Part shown: positions 30,565 through 40,516 of the stretch, piece by piece | Position numbering within the stretch: the first letter of the stretch is position 1 | Layout: each line of letters starts with the position of its first letter | Assembly (NCBI GenBank): GCA_902635455.1 | Contig: CACPNW010000005.1 | Location: forward strand, 9,946-73,945 | Source of the DNA: an uncultured Alphaproteobacteria bacterium | GTDB taxonomy: Bacteria > Pseudomonadota > Alphaproteobacteria > HIMB59 > GCA-002718135 | DNA length: 64,000 bases | Reading direction: 5' to 3' | Program-made: the position numbers and the translations under genes | The notes under the pieces: generated by a model | What the model was told of the DNA's origin: nothing | The model's input: the letters and a program-made list of their open reading frames with translations, nothing else | Database searches by the model: none

Positions 30565-33090
30565 TCAATTCTTAACTGTTTTTTTCTTTTTTTTAAGACC
30601 CATTTTAGCTTTTCTTTCATCAATTAATGTAATGGCATCTTCTAGTTTTAAGTTGTCAATTGTTTGATCTCCAAGAATTGATGCATTTATTTTTCCACAT
30701 TTTACATATGGTCCAAATTTTCCATCATGAGCAGTAATATTCTTCTTTTCTGTTGGATGTTCACCAAATGTTTTTAAAGTAGCATTACCTCTTTGGGTGG
30801 GTTTGGCAATTAATTCAATGGCTCTTTCAAGTTCAATATCTAAAATATTATCAGTCTTTTCAAGAGCTTTGTATTTTTTATCATGCAGAATGTATGGTCC
30901 ATACATTCCAATTCCTGCGCTAACAGTTTTATTTGTTTCTGGATGAAAACCTAATTTACGCGGCAAACCTAAAAGTTGAATAGCAGTATTTAGCCCAATT
31001 TCATCCGGTTCAAAGTTTTTAGGAATTGAAACTCTTTTTGGCTTCTTCTCTTTAGTACCTTCACCTACTTGCATATAAAATCCATAAGGACCTTTTCGTA
31101 GTGTAATCATTTCTCCTGTTTCAGGATAAATACCTATTTCTTTTGGTCCGCTAAGTGCAGTACCATCTTTATCGTTTAATTGGTTAAACTGAACAGTATA
31201 TTTACATTCTGGATAATTAGAGCAACCAATAAATCCTCCAAACTTTCCAACTTTAATTCCGAGTCTACCATTATCACAAGATGGACATTTTCTTTTTTCA
31301 TCAGCACCATTAGGTGGAAAGAAATGAGGACCTAATGCTTCATCTAAAACATCAATTACTTCTCTATTTGATTTACCAACAGTTTCATCACAAAGCTGTT
31401 TAAATGTCTCCCAAAATTTTCTAAGAACTTCTTTCCACTCAAGTTTCCCATCAGAAATTTCATCAAGTTGATTTTCTAAGTCAGCTGTAAAGTCATATTC
31501 AACATATTGATTAAAATATTTCTCTAAAAATATGGATACTATTCTACCTCTGTCATGAGGATTAAAACGTTTTTTATCTAAAATAACATAATCTCTATCT
31601 TGCAGAACCTTAATGATGGAAGCATAAGTTGATGGTCTTCCAATGCCAAGCTCTTCAAGTTTTTTTACCAGGCTTGCTTCTGTATAACGAGGAGGAGGGG
31701 AGGTAAAATGCTGTATCTTTTCAACTTCTTTCAAACCTAAACTCTCTCCTTCAGTCATAGTAGGAAGAATTGTTTCTTTTTCTTCATCTTTATCATCATC
31801 TTTAGCTTCTTGATAAACTTTATACATTCCAGGAAACTTAATTGTAGATCCATTAGCTCGTAAAACAATATTCTTATCTTCATTTGTAATATCAACTGCT
31901 ACTTGATCTAATACAGCACTTGCCATTTGTGAGCTTACCGCTCTTTGCCATATAATTTCATATAACTTATATTCTTCTAAGGTAATGTATTGCTTAATGT
32001 CCTTTGGTGTTAGGGAAATATTTGTTGGTCTAATGCACTCATGTGCTTCTTGTGCGTTTTTAGCTTTAGATTTATAAATTCTAGGACTATCTGGTAAATA
32101 ATTTGGGCCATAATTTTGAGTAACAAAATTTCTAATTTCTTTAATAGCTTCATTGGACATAACAACACTATCTGTTCTCATATAAGTAATTAGACCGGTA
32201 GTTTCTCCTTTAATTTCAGTTCCTTCATAAAGCTTTTGCGCTGTACGCATTGTTTGATTAGCACTTAGTCCAAGTTTTCTACTTGATTCAATTTGCATTG
32301 TAGATGTCGTAAAAGCAGGGTAGGGATTTCTTTTAGCTTCTTTTTTGGTAATATTACCAACAGTGAATGTTGAATTTTTTATATCATTATAAATTTTTGT
32401 TGCCTGATTTTCATTCTTTATATCAAGTTTGTCAACTTTTTCGCCTTCATAGATTGTTAATCTTGAATTAATTGATTTATTTTCTTTATTTAAAAATTCT
32501 CCTTGAAGTGACCAGTACTCTTGCGGAATAAATTTTTCAATCTCAAGTTCCCTTTCACTTATAATTCTTAATGCAACTGACTGAACTCTACCTGCAGACT
32601 TTGATCCTGGGAGTTTTCTCCAAAGAACAGGAGATAAAGTAAAGCCAACAAGAAAATCTAATGCTCTTCTTGCCAAATAGGCATTTACAAGATTTTCATC
32701 AATTTTTCGAGGCTCTTTAAGACTATCTAAAACAGCATTTTTTGTAATTTCATTGAAGGTGACTCTGTGAATATTTAGTTTTGAAAGAGAAGAATTATCT
32801 CTTAATAGTTTTTCTACATGCCATGCAATAGCTTCCCCTTCGCGATCAGGGTCTGTTGCTAAATATAAATTTTCTGATTTTTTTGCTGCATCTGTAATTT
32901 CTTTAATAACTTTTTTTCCACGATCACTAGTTTCCCATTTCATTTGGAAATCGTTTTCAGTATCAATAGCATCATTTTTTGCTGATAAGTCTCTTACATG
33001 ACCAACACTTGCTAAAACTTTAAAGTCAGAACCTAAATATTTATTAATAGACTTGGCTTTAGATGGTGATTCTACTATTAGAACATTCAT
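30565..33090 (-). CDS. topA: DNA topoisomerase I
   Basis: 841 aa. TOPRIM (VESPSKAK, DPDREGE), active-site region YMRTDS, and a C-terminal zinc ribbon CPSC...CSNYPEC. Confidence 0.97.
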   Translation of the reverse strand: MNVLIVESPSKAKSINKYLGSDFKVLASVGHVRDLSAKNDAIDTENDFQMKWETSDRGKKVIKEITDAAKKSENLYLATDPDREGEAIAWHVEKLLRDNSSLSKLNIHRVTFNEITKNAVLDSLKEPRKIDENLVNAYLARRALDFLVGFTLSPVLWRKLPGSKSAGRVQSVALRIISERELEIEKFIPQEYWSLQGEFLNKENKSINSRLTIYEGEKVDKLDIKNENQATKIYNDIKNSTFTVGNITKKEAKRNPYPAFTTSTMQIESSRKLGLSANQTMRTAQKLYEGTEIKGETTGLITYMRTDSVVMSNEAIKEIRNFVTQNYGPNYLPDSPRIYKSKAKNAQEAHECIRPTNISLTPKDIKQYITLEEYKLYEIIWQRAVSSQMASAVLDQVAVDITNEDKNIVLRANGSTIKFPGMYKVYQEAKDDDKDEEKETILPTMTEGESLGLKEVEKIQHFTSPPPRYTEASLVKKLEELGIGRPSTYASIIKVLQDRDYVILDKKRFNPHDRGRIVSIFLEKYFNQYVEYDFTADLENQLDEISDGKLEWKEVLRKFWETFKQLCDETVGKSNREVIDVLDEALGPHFFPPNGADEKRKCPSCDNGRLGIKVGKFGGFIGCSNYPECKYTVQFNQLNDKDGTALSGPKEIGIYPETGEMITLRKGPYGFYMQVGEGTKEKKPKRVSIPKNFEPDEIGLNTAIQLLGLPRKLGFHPETNKTVSAGIGMYGPYILHDKKYKALEKTDNILDIELERAIELIAKPTQRGNATLKTFGEHPTEKKNITAHDGKFGPYVKCGKINASILGDQTIDNLKLEDAITLIDERKAKMGLKKKKKTVKN

Positions 33091-33155
33091 AAATTTTTAT
33101 TCCAAATTTCAGTTTAAACATACTTCGTCAAGAAAATTTTAAAAAACGTACATTT

Positions 33156-33758
33156 CTAGTGAAATAATTTAATTTTATTTTCAGTTTTATTTAACAATCT
33201 TCTAATATTTTCTTTATGTTTTAGAATAATTACTAAACTCAAATAACTTAAAAAAATTATAATATAAGAATTAGAATTAAAAAAAACAATAAATATAGGT
33301 ACAAATATTGAAGCTAAAATGGAGCTTAAAGAAGAATATTTTGAAAGTAATGAAACAAATAACCAGACAAGTAAAAAAAATAAACCTATATAAAGGTTCA
33401 TTCCAAATAAAAAACCAATGTATGTTGCTACACCTTTGCCTCCTTTAAAATTTAACCAAATAGGAAAAATATGACCTATAATAGCAAAGTGGCAAAGAAA
33501 AATTGTATTGATTAATTCCGTATTACTAAAATATAAATTTATAATTATAAATGGGACCATCCCTTTAATCATATCTAGAAAAAGTACTATAAATGCTAAA
33601 TATTTATTTCCTGTCCTTAGAACATTAGTAGCCCCCACATTTCCAGAGCCAATATTTCTAATATCACCAAATCCAAATATTTTTGTTAGCAAATATCCAA
33701 AAGGTATAGATCCTAAAAAATAAAATAAAATAATTAAAATTAAGTTAGTGATTAACAT
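33156..33758 (-). CDS. plsY: Glycerol-3-phosphate acyltransferase PlsY
   Basis: 200 aa polytopic protein. GSGNVGATNVLR and FKGGKGVAT motifs. Confidence 0.9.
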   Translation of the reverse strand: MLITNLILIILFYFLGSIPFGYLLTKIFGFGDIRNIGSGNVGATNVLRTGNKYLAFIVLFLDMIKGMVPFIIINLYFSNTELINTIFLCHFAIIGHIFPIWLNFKGGKGVATYIGFLFGMNLYIGLFFLLVWLFVSLLSKYSSLSSILASIFVPIFIVFFNSNSYIIIFLSYLSLVIILKHKENIRRLLNKTENKIKLFH

Positions 33759-34893
33759 TATTATCTCTATTCTTTATTATTAATTCTAAACAAGCCATTC
33801 TTATCGCAACACCCATTGCAACTTGCTCTTGAATTAGGCTTCTTGTAATATCATCAGCTAATTTTGAGTCTATTTCAACGCCACGATTCATAGGCCCAGG
33901 ATGCATTACAAATGCATTTTTATTAGCATACTTTAATTTTTTGTAATCTAATCCATATTTTTTAAAATAGGTCTTTTGATTAGGCATTATTTTTTCGACT
34001 ATTCTTTCCTTTTGTATTCTGAGCATCATTACTATATCACAATTTTGCAATCCTTTTTCCATATCGTTAAATATTTTTACTGGTAGTTTTTTAATATTTT
34101 TTGGAAGCCATTTCTTAGGTCCAATGACATTTATTTTGGCACCTAATTTTGATAAAATTGTAATATTTGATCTGGCTACTCGACTATGAAGTATATCGCC
34201 ACAAATGGCTATTTGTAATTTAGCAAAAGAATTAAATTTATTTTTTATTGTCAGGGCATCTAAAAGAGCCTGAGTTGGGTGTTCGTGACTACCGTCACCA
34301 GCATTAATCACTGAAGCATTTACAGTAGATGAAATTTTTTTACTTATTCCCTCTTCTGGATGTCTAACAATTAAAATATCTGGATTCATAGAGTTTATAG
34401 TAGTCATTGTGTCTAATAATGTTTCGCCTTTATTAATTGAACTATCTTTAACTGCTACATTTATTATATCAGCACCTAATCTTTTAGCAGCAACTTCAAA
34501 ACTAGTACGAGTTCTTGTTGAATCTTCAAAAAATAAATTGAATATTGTTCTTCCTTCAAGCAAATTACTTTTTTTTATTCTTTGTTTATTGAAAGAAATA
34601 TATTTTTTAGACGCATTTAAAATAAATTCTATTTCTTCTTTATTTAAATCTGCAGTTTCTACTAAATGAATTTTTTTAAATACATTTTTTGAACTACTTA
34701 TATTAATCTTATTGTCTTTATTCAAAATAGAATAATTTTTTAAAGCAATTTTTTCAGCTTCCTTTAATAATTTAGATCCAGTTGATGATCTAATTGCTTT
34801 TAATTTTGGAAGTTTTATTTTCATTTGCCAAAAATTAGAATTTTCTCTTTTGTAGAGTTTAATATGACCAGATTTGAGAATTTTAGAAACCAT
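33745..34893 (-). CDS. pyrB: Aspartate carbamoyltransferase catalytic subunit, with an unusual in-frame 5' extension of about 56-70 codons
   Basis: 382 aa as the longest ORF. The ATCase core starts near HLVETADL, with STRTR, HPTQALLD and HPGPMNRG motifs. The only in-frame canonical start candidates I see are ATG at 34893, ATG at codon 24 and TTG at codon 57, so the true start is uncertain. Confidence 0.88.
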   Translation of the reverse strand: MVSKILKSGHIKLYKRENSNFWQMKIKLPKLKAIRSSTGSKLLKEAEKIALKNYSILNKDNKINISSSKNVFKKIHLVETADLNKEEIEFILNASKKYISFNKQRIKKSNLLEGRTIFNLFFEDSTRTRTSFEVAAKRLGADIINVAVKDSSINKGETLLDTMTTINSMNPDILIVRHPEEGISKKISSTVNASVINAGDGSHEHPTQALLDALTIKNKFNSFAKLQIAICGDILHSRVARSNITILSKLGAKINVIGPKKWLPKNIKKLPVKIFNDMEKGLQNCDIVMMLRIQKERIVEKIMPNQKTYFKKYGLDYKKLKYANKNAFVMHPGPMNRGVEIDSKLADDITRSLIQEQVAMGVAIRMACLELIIKNRDNNVNH

Positions 34894-34928
34894 ATGTGTT
34901 AAAAATGTGTCACTATGTGTAAACTATT

Positions 34929-35390
34929 TTATTTGATATTTCTATACCTATCTAAATAACCCTGTAAAATATAAGCTGCAGATTGTTTATCTAGAGACTT
35001 TTTAATCTTGCTTTCACTCAAATTTGACTTTCTTAACTCTTTAAAAATTACATCTGATGAAAATCTTTCATCCCATAAAATTGATGATATTTTAAAAAAA
35101 AGTATAAGCTCTTCGTTAAAATTTCTAACTAACTTAGTTTGATTATTCTCTGTATTATCTAAACTTTTGGGGAGGCCTACTACAAATCCACCAATATTAT
35201 ATTCTATTAAAACATCGCTTAATCTTAATAAATCTTTTTTTATGCCATTTCTTTCTATAGTGATTAAGGGAGAAGCTATTATTTTTAGTCTATCTGATAC
35301 AGCAACACCTATAGTTTTAGTCCCTAGGTCTAGACCTACAAGAATTTGTGATGTATTAAGTCCATCAATAAGATTTATTTGATCATCCAT
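34929..35390 (-). CDS. ruvX: Holliday junction resolvase-like nuclease RuvX (YqgF)
   Basis: The track ORF extends to 35429 and would overlap gatC. I prefer Met14 (ATG at 35390). YqgF motifs: VGLDLGTKTIGVAVSD and DERFSS. Confidence 0.85.
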   Translation of the reverse strand: MDDQINLIDGLNTSQILVGLDLGTKTIGVAVSDRLKIIASPLITIERNGIKKDLLRLSDVLIEYNIGGFVVGLPKSLDNTENNQTKLVRNFNEELILFFKISSILWDERFSSDVIFKELRKSNLSESKIKKSLDKQSAAYILQGYLDRYRNIK

Positions 35391-35407
35391 TAAAAGAGGC
35401 TCATAAA

Positions 35408-35695
35408 TTGAAGATTGATAAAGATACAATAAATAAAATTGCGCGTCTATCTAGAATAAAGCTAGAAGATAAAGAATCTGAAGATTATATCAAAGATTTA
35501 AATTCTATTTTAGACTGGGTAGAGCAACTAAATGAAGTAAATACTCATAATGTTGAGCCCTTAAGCAATATTTCATCTTCTGTTTTGCCTAAAAGGAATG
35601 ACATCTCTAAAGATTCTAATTCGAGCGAAGAAATATTAAAAAATGCTCCTGATAAACTCGAAGGTTTTTTTGCTGTTCCAAAGGTTGTAGAATAA
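35408..35695 (+). CDS. gatC: Glutamyl/aspartyl-tRNA amidotransferase subunit C
   Basis: 95 aa, TTG start preceded by AAGAGG at about 8-nt spacing. IARLSRIKLEDKE...ILDWVEQLNEV is typical of GatC. Confidence 0.9.
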   Translation: MKIDKDTINKIARLSRIKLEDKESEDYIKDLNSILDWVEQLNEVNTHNVEPLSNISSSVLPKRNDISKDSNSSEEILKNAPDKLEGFFAVPKVVE

Positions 35696-37119
35696 TGCCA
35701 TTTAAATCTATTAAAGATGCTATTAGTAATATTGAGTCAAAAAAAATATCTATTAGAGAGTTAAATCTAGAATTCATAAAAAAAATAAAAGATAATAAAA
35801 ACTTAAATATATTTATTTATTTTGATGAAAAGAAAATCATCAATCAAATTGATAATTTAGAAAAAGATAATTCAAATAAAAAACTAAAAGGAATACCTTT
35901 AGCTATTAAAGATCTCTTTTGTACTAAAGATATGCCAACAACTGCTGGTTCAAAAATTTTAGAAAACTTTAATCCAACTTATGAATCATTTGTGACACAA
36001 AAATTAATAAATGACGGAGCTATATTTGTTGGTAAGACTAATTTAGATGAATTTGCTATGGGTTCAGCAACCGACACTAGTTATTTTGGTAATACTATCA
36101 ATCCTTTGTCAAAAAAAGATAATCCATTAGCTCCTGGAGGTTCTTCAGGAGGTTCTGCAGCTGCTGTTGCTGCTGATTTGTGTTTAGGAGCTACTGGAAC
36201 TGATACTGGTGGCTCTATAAGGCAGCCAGCTAGTTTTTGTGGTGTAGTTGGAATAAAGCCAACTTACGGCCTTTGCTCAAGATGGGGTATTGCAGCTTTT
36301 GCTTCAAGTTTGGATCAAGCTGGTGTTTTTACAAATAATGTTGAAGATTCTTCTATATTACTTGAGACTATTGCTGGTTTTGATCAAAGAGATAGCACAA
36401 GTTCAAATGTTAATATTCCAAACTATTTTGATAATTTAAATGATGATTTGTCAGGTATGACAGTTGGAATACCCAAGGAATATACAATTGATGGAATGCC
36501 TGAAGAAATCAATTTAATTTGGGAAGAATCTAAGAAAGTTTTAGAAAATAAAGGAGTCAAAATAAAAAACATTTCTTTACCTCATACTAAATATGCTTTG
36601 CCAACTTATTATATAATAGCACCTGCTGAAGCTTCTTCAAATTTGGCAAGGTACGATGGTGTTAAGTATGGTTTTAGAGCTAATGGAATTAGCTCACTAG
36701 ATGAAATGTATGAACAAACTAGAGGTGAAGGATTTGGCAAAGAAGTTAAAAGAAGAATTTTAATTGGCACGTATGTTTTATCAGCTGGTTATTATGATGC
36801 TTATTATCTAAAAGCTCAAAAAGTAAGAAAGTTGATTGCAAATGATTTTAAGGAAGCTTTCAAGGAATGCGATTTTATAGTAACACCAACAGCGCCTAGT
36901 GCTGCATTTCCATTAAATGAAAAAAAACAAGATCCTATTAAAATGTACCTTAATGACGTTTTTACCGTTCCAGCATCTTTAGCGGGCTTACCTGGTATAT
37001 CTATACCATTTGGAAAAGATAAAAATAACTTACCATTAGGAATTCAAATTTTAGGTAAACATTTTGATGAACAACTTGTTTTCAATGTGGCATTATCTTT
37101 AGAGCGGTCAAGTGAATAA
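35695..37119 (+). CDS. gatA: Glutamyl/aspartyl-tRNA amidotransferase subunit A
   Basis: 474 aa. Amidase signature GGSSGGSAAAVAA and GTDTGGSIRQPA. Confidence 0.96.
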   Translation: MPFKSIKDAISNIESKKISIRELNLEFIKKIKDNKNLNIFIYFDEKKIINQIDNLEKDNSNKKLKGIPLAIKDLFCTKDMPTTAGSKILENFNPTYESFVTQKLINDGAIFVGKTNLDEFAMGSATDTSYFGNTINPLSKKDNPLAPGGSSGGSAAAVAADLCLGATGTDTGGSIRQPASFCGVVGIKPTYGLCSRWGIAAFASSLDQAGVFTNNVEDSSILLETIAGFDQRDSTSSNVNIPNYFDNLNDDLSGMTVGIPKEYTIDGMPEEINLIWEESKKVLENKGVKIKNISLPHTKYALPTYYIIAPAEASSNLARYDGVKYGFRANGISSLDEMYEQTRGEGFGKEVKRRILIGTYVLSAGYYDAYYLKAQKVRKLIANDFKEAFKECDFIVTPTAPSAAFPLNEKKQDPIKMYLNDVFTVPASLAGLPGISIPFGKDKNNLPLGIQILGKHFDEQLVFNVALSLERSSE

Positions 37120-38578
37120 TTTAATAAAAGGCAATAAGCATGACTGGGAAATGGTAGTTGGACTTGAAGTACATGCTCAAATAAAATCAAATTCAAAGTT
37201 ATTTAGCTCATCTTCTACTACTTTTGGCTCTTCACCCAATAGCCAAGTATCCTTAGTTGATGCAGCAATGCCAGGAATGTTGCCAGTAATAAATGAATTT
37301 TGTGTTAAGCAAGCTATTAAATCAGGAATAGGATTAAGGGCTGAAATTAATAAGTATTCTGTATTTGATAGAAAAAATTATTTTTATGCTGATTTACCTC
37401 AAGGATATCAAATTAGTCAATTTAAATATCCTATTGTTGGTAAAGGTAAGGTATCTATTGATTTAAAAGATGGTACTTCAAAAAATATAAGAATTGTTAG
37501 ATTGCATCTAGAGCAAGATGCTGGAAAAAGCTTACATGATCAAAATCCATCAAAAACATATGTCGATTTAAATAGGTCTGGCGTAGCTTTAATGGAAATT
37601 GTGAGTGAGCCAGATATTAGCAGTGCTGAAGAAGCAGGCCTATATATTTCTAAAATACGTTCAATACTAATGTATCTTGATACATGTGATGGAAATATGC
37701 AAGAAGGATCATTAAGGGCCGATGTAAATGTATCAGTTAGAAAGCCAAATGATAAATTAGGAACAAGATGTGAGATAAAAAACCTTAATTCTATTAAATT
37801 TATCAAACAAGCTATTGATTATGAGGCTAAAAGACAAATAAAAATTATTGAAGATGGTGGGGAAATAAATCAAAATACACTTCTTTTTGATACACAAACA
37901 GGTAAAACAAAACCAATGAGAAGTAAGGAAGAAGCTCATGATTATAGATATTTCCCAGATCCAGATTTACTACCACTAGAAATTGATGATGATGAAATTA
38001 AAAATATTAAAAATAATATTTTAGAACTACCTGATGAAAGAATTGAGAGATACATTGCTGAGTTTGGTTTATCTAAATATGATGCTTCAGTTTTAACTAT
38101 TGAAAGATCTGTTTCAGATTATTTTGATGAAGTTATAAAATCAAATAAAGCATTACAAGGGCATGCAAAAATAGTATCAAACTGGATTAGTACTGAATTA
38201 TTCTCATTATTAAAAAAAGATAATCTTGATATATCAACCTCACCAGTTTCCCCAAAAGATTTAGGAGAATTGATTATTTTATTAACTACAAATGTGATTT
38301 CAGGAAAAATTGCTAAAGAGGTTTTAACTGAAATGTTTTCATCAAAAAAATCTGCAAAATATATTGTGGAGAAAGAAGGATTAAAACAAATGACTGATTC
38401 TTCTGAAATTGAAACAATTATAGAAAAAATTTTAAGTGAAAATCAAAAAATGGTTAACGAATATAAATCTGGAAAAACGAAATTGCTTAGCTATTTTGTT
38501 GGCCAAGTAATGAAAGAAACAAAAGGTAAGGCCAATCCAAAATTATTAAATGAAATTTTATTCAAAAAACTTAATTAA
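37112..38578 (+). CDS. gatB: Glutamyl/aspartyl-tRNA amidotransferase subunit B
   Basis: 488 aa. VGLEVHAQ, HLEQDAGK, DYRYFPDPDL and a C-terminal GatB_Yqey domain. Confidence 0.96.
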   Translation: MNNLIKGNKHDWEMVVGLEVHAQIKSNSKLFSSSSTTFGSSPNSQVSLVDAAMPGMLPVINEFCVKQAIKSGIGLRAEINKYSVFDRKNYFYADLPQGYQISQFKYPIVGKGKVSIDLKDGTSKNIRIVRLHLEQDAGKSLHDQNPSKTYVDLNRSGVALMEIVSEPDISSAEEAGLYISKIRSILMYLDTCDGNMQEGSLRADVNVSVRKPNDKLGTRCEIKNLNSIKFIKQAIDYEAKRQIKIIEDGGEINQNTLLFDTQTGKTKPMRSKEEAHDYRYFPDPDLLPLEIDDDEIKNIKNNILELPDERIERYIAEFGLSKYDASVLTIERSVSDYFDEVIKSNKALQGHAKIVSNWISTELFSLLKKDNLDISTSPVSPKDLGELIILLTTNVISGKIAKEVLTEMFSSKKSAKYIVEKEGLKQMTDSSEIETIIEKILSENQKMVNEYKSGKTKLLSYFVGQVMKETKGKANPKLLNEILFKKLN

Positions 38579-38909
38579 AAAATATTAATCTTAGTGTAAA
38601 TAGCCTGTAAGATAAAATTAACAAAGTCAATATAAGCCAAAAAATATTACCTTTATAATTTTCTGCAGATCTCCAAATTCCAACTGTTATAAAAAAAGTC
38701 CATACTAAAAAAATAAATTTTGAAAAGAAATTAAATTCAGTAAAATTTAAAGTTGGCAGTTCTTTTAAAAGATTCACATTATTAAATAAAAAAATTTCAA
38801 TATTAAATATCAACAAAATCACTACTGCATTCAACAATTCTCCAATTAACCAATAAGATTTCCATAGAGGAGTTTTGCCATGCCAAAAGGTATAAAAAAA
38901 GGTAAACAT
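38571..38909 (-). CDS. Hypothetical small membrane protein
   Basis: 112 aa with 3-4 predicted TM helices and a Trp-rich sequence (WHGKTPLWKSYWLIG...). I recognise no family. Its stop overlaps the gatB stop. Confidence 0.45.
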   Translation of the reverse strand: MFTFFYTFWHGKTPLWKSYWLIGELLNAVVILLIFNIEIFLFNNVNLLKELPTLNFTEFNFFSKFIFLVWTFFITVGIWRSAENYKGNIFWLILTLLILSYRLFTLRLIFFN

Positions 38910-39037
38910 ATATTACAATTAATTTCCTGCTATTTCTTAATGTATTTTAAGATTACGAAAAGTTATTATAATATATTTATTGTGTTTCCTTGATAATTTA
39001 AGCTGTTAGAGGTAATAGTAATTATGAAACAACAACA

Positions 39038-39129
39038 GGAGAGATGGGTGAGTGGCTTAAACCACAGGTTTGCTAAACCTGCGAAGGGAGCAATTCCTTC
39101 CGAGGGTTCGAATCCCTCTCTCTCCGCCA
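39038..39129 (+). tRNA. tRNA-Ser (anticodon GCU), class II with long variable arm, CCA encoded
   Basis: Folded by hand. Acceptor stem GGAGAGA/TCTCTCC, D-stem GGT/ACC, anticodon stem CAGGT/ACCTG with loop TTGCTAA (GCT at 39072-39074). Variable arm GAAGG...CCTTC, T-arm GAGGG-TTCGAAT-CCCTC, discriminator G, then CCA. Confidence 0.93.
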
Positions 39130-39139
39130 GGTATATTTA

Positions 39140-40012
39140 ATGTTTTACGGCAGCATTCCAGCTTTAATTACACCATTTTTAAATGATAAAGTTGATTATA
39201 ATTCTTTTGAAAGAATAATTAACTTTCACCTAGAAAATGGATCTAACGGTTTGGTACCTTGTGGAACTACTGGTGAATCTCCAACTTTAGCTCATGATGA
39301 ACATAAGAAAGTAATAGAAGAATGTATAAGAGTTACAGATAAAAGACTACCAATTATAGCTGGAACAGGTTCAAACAATACTGAAGAAGCGATAGATTAT
39401 ACAAATCATGCAGAAAAAGTTGGTGCTGACGCAGCTTTAATAGTTACACCTTATTATAACAAACCAACACAGGATGGTCTTTTTGGTCACTTTAAAAAAA
39501 TTTCTGATAAAACTAATATTCCAATAATAATTTATAATATTCCAGGAAGATCAATAGTTGATATGAGTGTTTCTACTATGTCTAAACTTGCAAAAATAGA
39601 TAATATTGTAGGTGTTAAAGATGCAACTAATGATTTATTTCGACCAGTTTTAACAAAAAATGAAGTAAAAAATGATTTTTGCTATCTTTCAGGAGAAGAT
39701 GGAACTGCTCTAGCTTATCTTGCGCAAGGAGGAGCTGGATGTATTTCTGTTACTGCAAATGTTGCACCAAAACTTTGCTCCATGATGCATTTAGAGTGGA
39801 GAAATAAAAATATTGAAAAAGCTCAAGAAATTAATCAAAATTTGTCAGCACTTCATCAAGCTTTATTTATAGAATCTAGCCCTGGCCCTGTTAAGTATGC
39901 TGCATCATTATTAGGTTTATGTGAACCTGACACAAGATTACCTTTAGTAAGCATCAAAGATGAAACAAAAGCAATTGTAAAAAACTGTCTTCATAAACTA
40001 AATTTAATTTAA
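39140..40012 (+). CDS. dapA: 4-hydroxy-tetrahydrodipicolinate synthase
   Basis: 290 aa. GTTGESPTL, TPYYNKP and the Schiff-base Lys context VGVKDA. Confidence 0.95.
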   Translation: MFYGSIPALITPFLNDKVDYNSFERIINFHLENGSNGLVPCGTTGESPTLAHDEHKKVIEECIRVTDKRLPIIAGTGSNNTEEAIDYTNHAEKVGADAALIVTPYYNKPTQDGLFGHFKKISDKTNIPIIIYNIPGRSIVDMSVSTMSKLAKIDNIVGVKDATNDLFRPVLTKNEVKNDFCYLSGEDGTALAYLAQGGAGCISVTANVAPKLCSMMHLEWRNKNIEKAQEINQNLSALHQALFIESSPGPVKYAASLLGLCEPDTRLPLVSIKDETKAIVKNCLHKLNLI

Positions 40013-40019
40013 TATTAAT

Positions 40020-40466
40020 ATGCAAATTGTTGCATCAAATAAAAAAGCTAATCACAATTATGTAATTGATCTAAAGCTTAATGCAGGTATTGTGTTAACT
40101 GGTCCTGAAGTTAAATCTTTGAGAATTAACACTGCTTCTATAAAAGAATCTTACATTCAAGAAAAAAAAGGGGAGCTATGGTTATATAATTGTTATATCA
40201 AAAAATATTCTGCATCCAATAACATTGAAAACAATCCGACTAGAGAAAAAAAATTATTAATAACTAAGAAAGAGTTAAATAAATTATTAGGATCTATAAC
40301 AAAAGATGGCTATTCTATTGTACCACTAAATTTATACTTTGATAAAAAGGGCCTAGCAAAAATGACAATTGGACTAGGTAAGGGGAAGAAATTATTTGAT
40401 AAAAGAGCTACTAAAAAGGATAAAGAGTGGGGAATAAAAAAACAGAGATTGCTTAAAAATAAGTAA
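40020..40466 (+). CDS. smpB: SsrA-binding protein
   Basis: 148 aa. NKKANHNY...AGIVLTGPEVKSLR and a basic C-terminal tail. Confidence 0.93.
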   Translation: MQIVASNKKANHNYVIDLKLNAGIVLTGPEVKSLRINTASIKESYIQEKKGELWLYNCYIKKYSASNNIENNPTREKKLLITKKELNKLLGSITKDGYSIVPLNLYFDKKGLAKMTIGLGKGKKLFDKRATKKDKEWGIKKQRLLKNK

Positions 40467-40516
40467 TTTAACTATTTCTATTTACTTTCTATATTAAAAA
40501 TTTATAAGCCCCATAA

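Noticed and set aside
38571-38578. Palindromic TTAATTAA providing overlapping stop codons for convergent gatB and the 112-aa membrane ORF
   Set aside because: It is real but trivial. TAA stops on both strands naturally form this palindrome, and it fits the general genome compaction seen throughout the window.
38910-39037. Possible promoter, small RNA or pseudogene remnant in the 128-bp spacer upstream of tRNA-Ser, and likewise in the 122-bp spacer at 48773-48894 before the TRAP permease genes
   Set aside because: TTGATA-N17-TAATAG upstream of the tRNA is only a weak match. Neither spacer shows convincing stems, conserved riboswitch motifs or a meaningful ORF; the longest is a 12-codon ORF near 48848. 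They are probably plain promoter regions.
39038-39139. tRNA-Ser as a possible integration hotspot or genomic-island boundary
   Set aside because: dapA starts 10 nt after the tRNA CCA end. The upstream side holds only a 128-bp spacer and a small membrane ORF. I saw no integrase, no partial tRNA 3'-end repeat and no foreign-looking genes, though I could not search the whole window exhaustively for a short att-like repeat.
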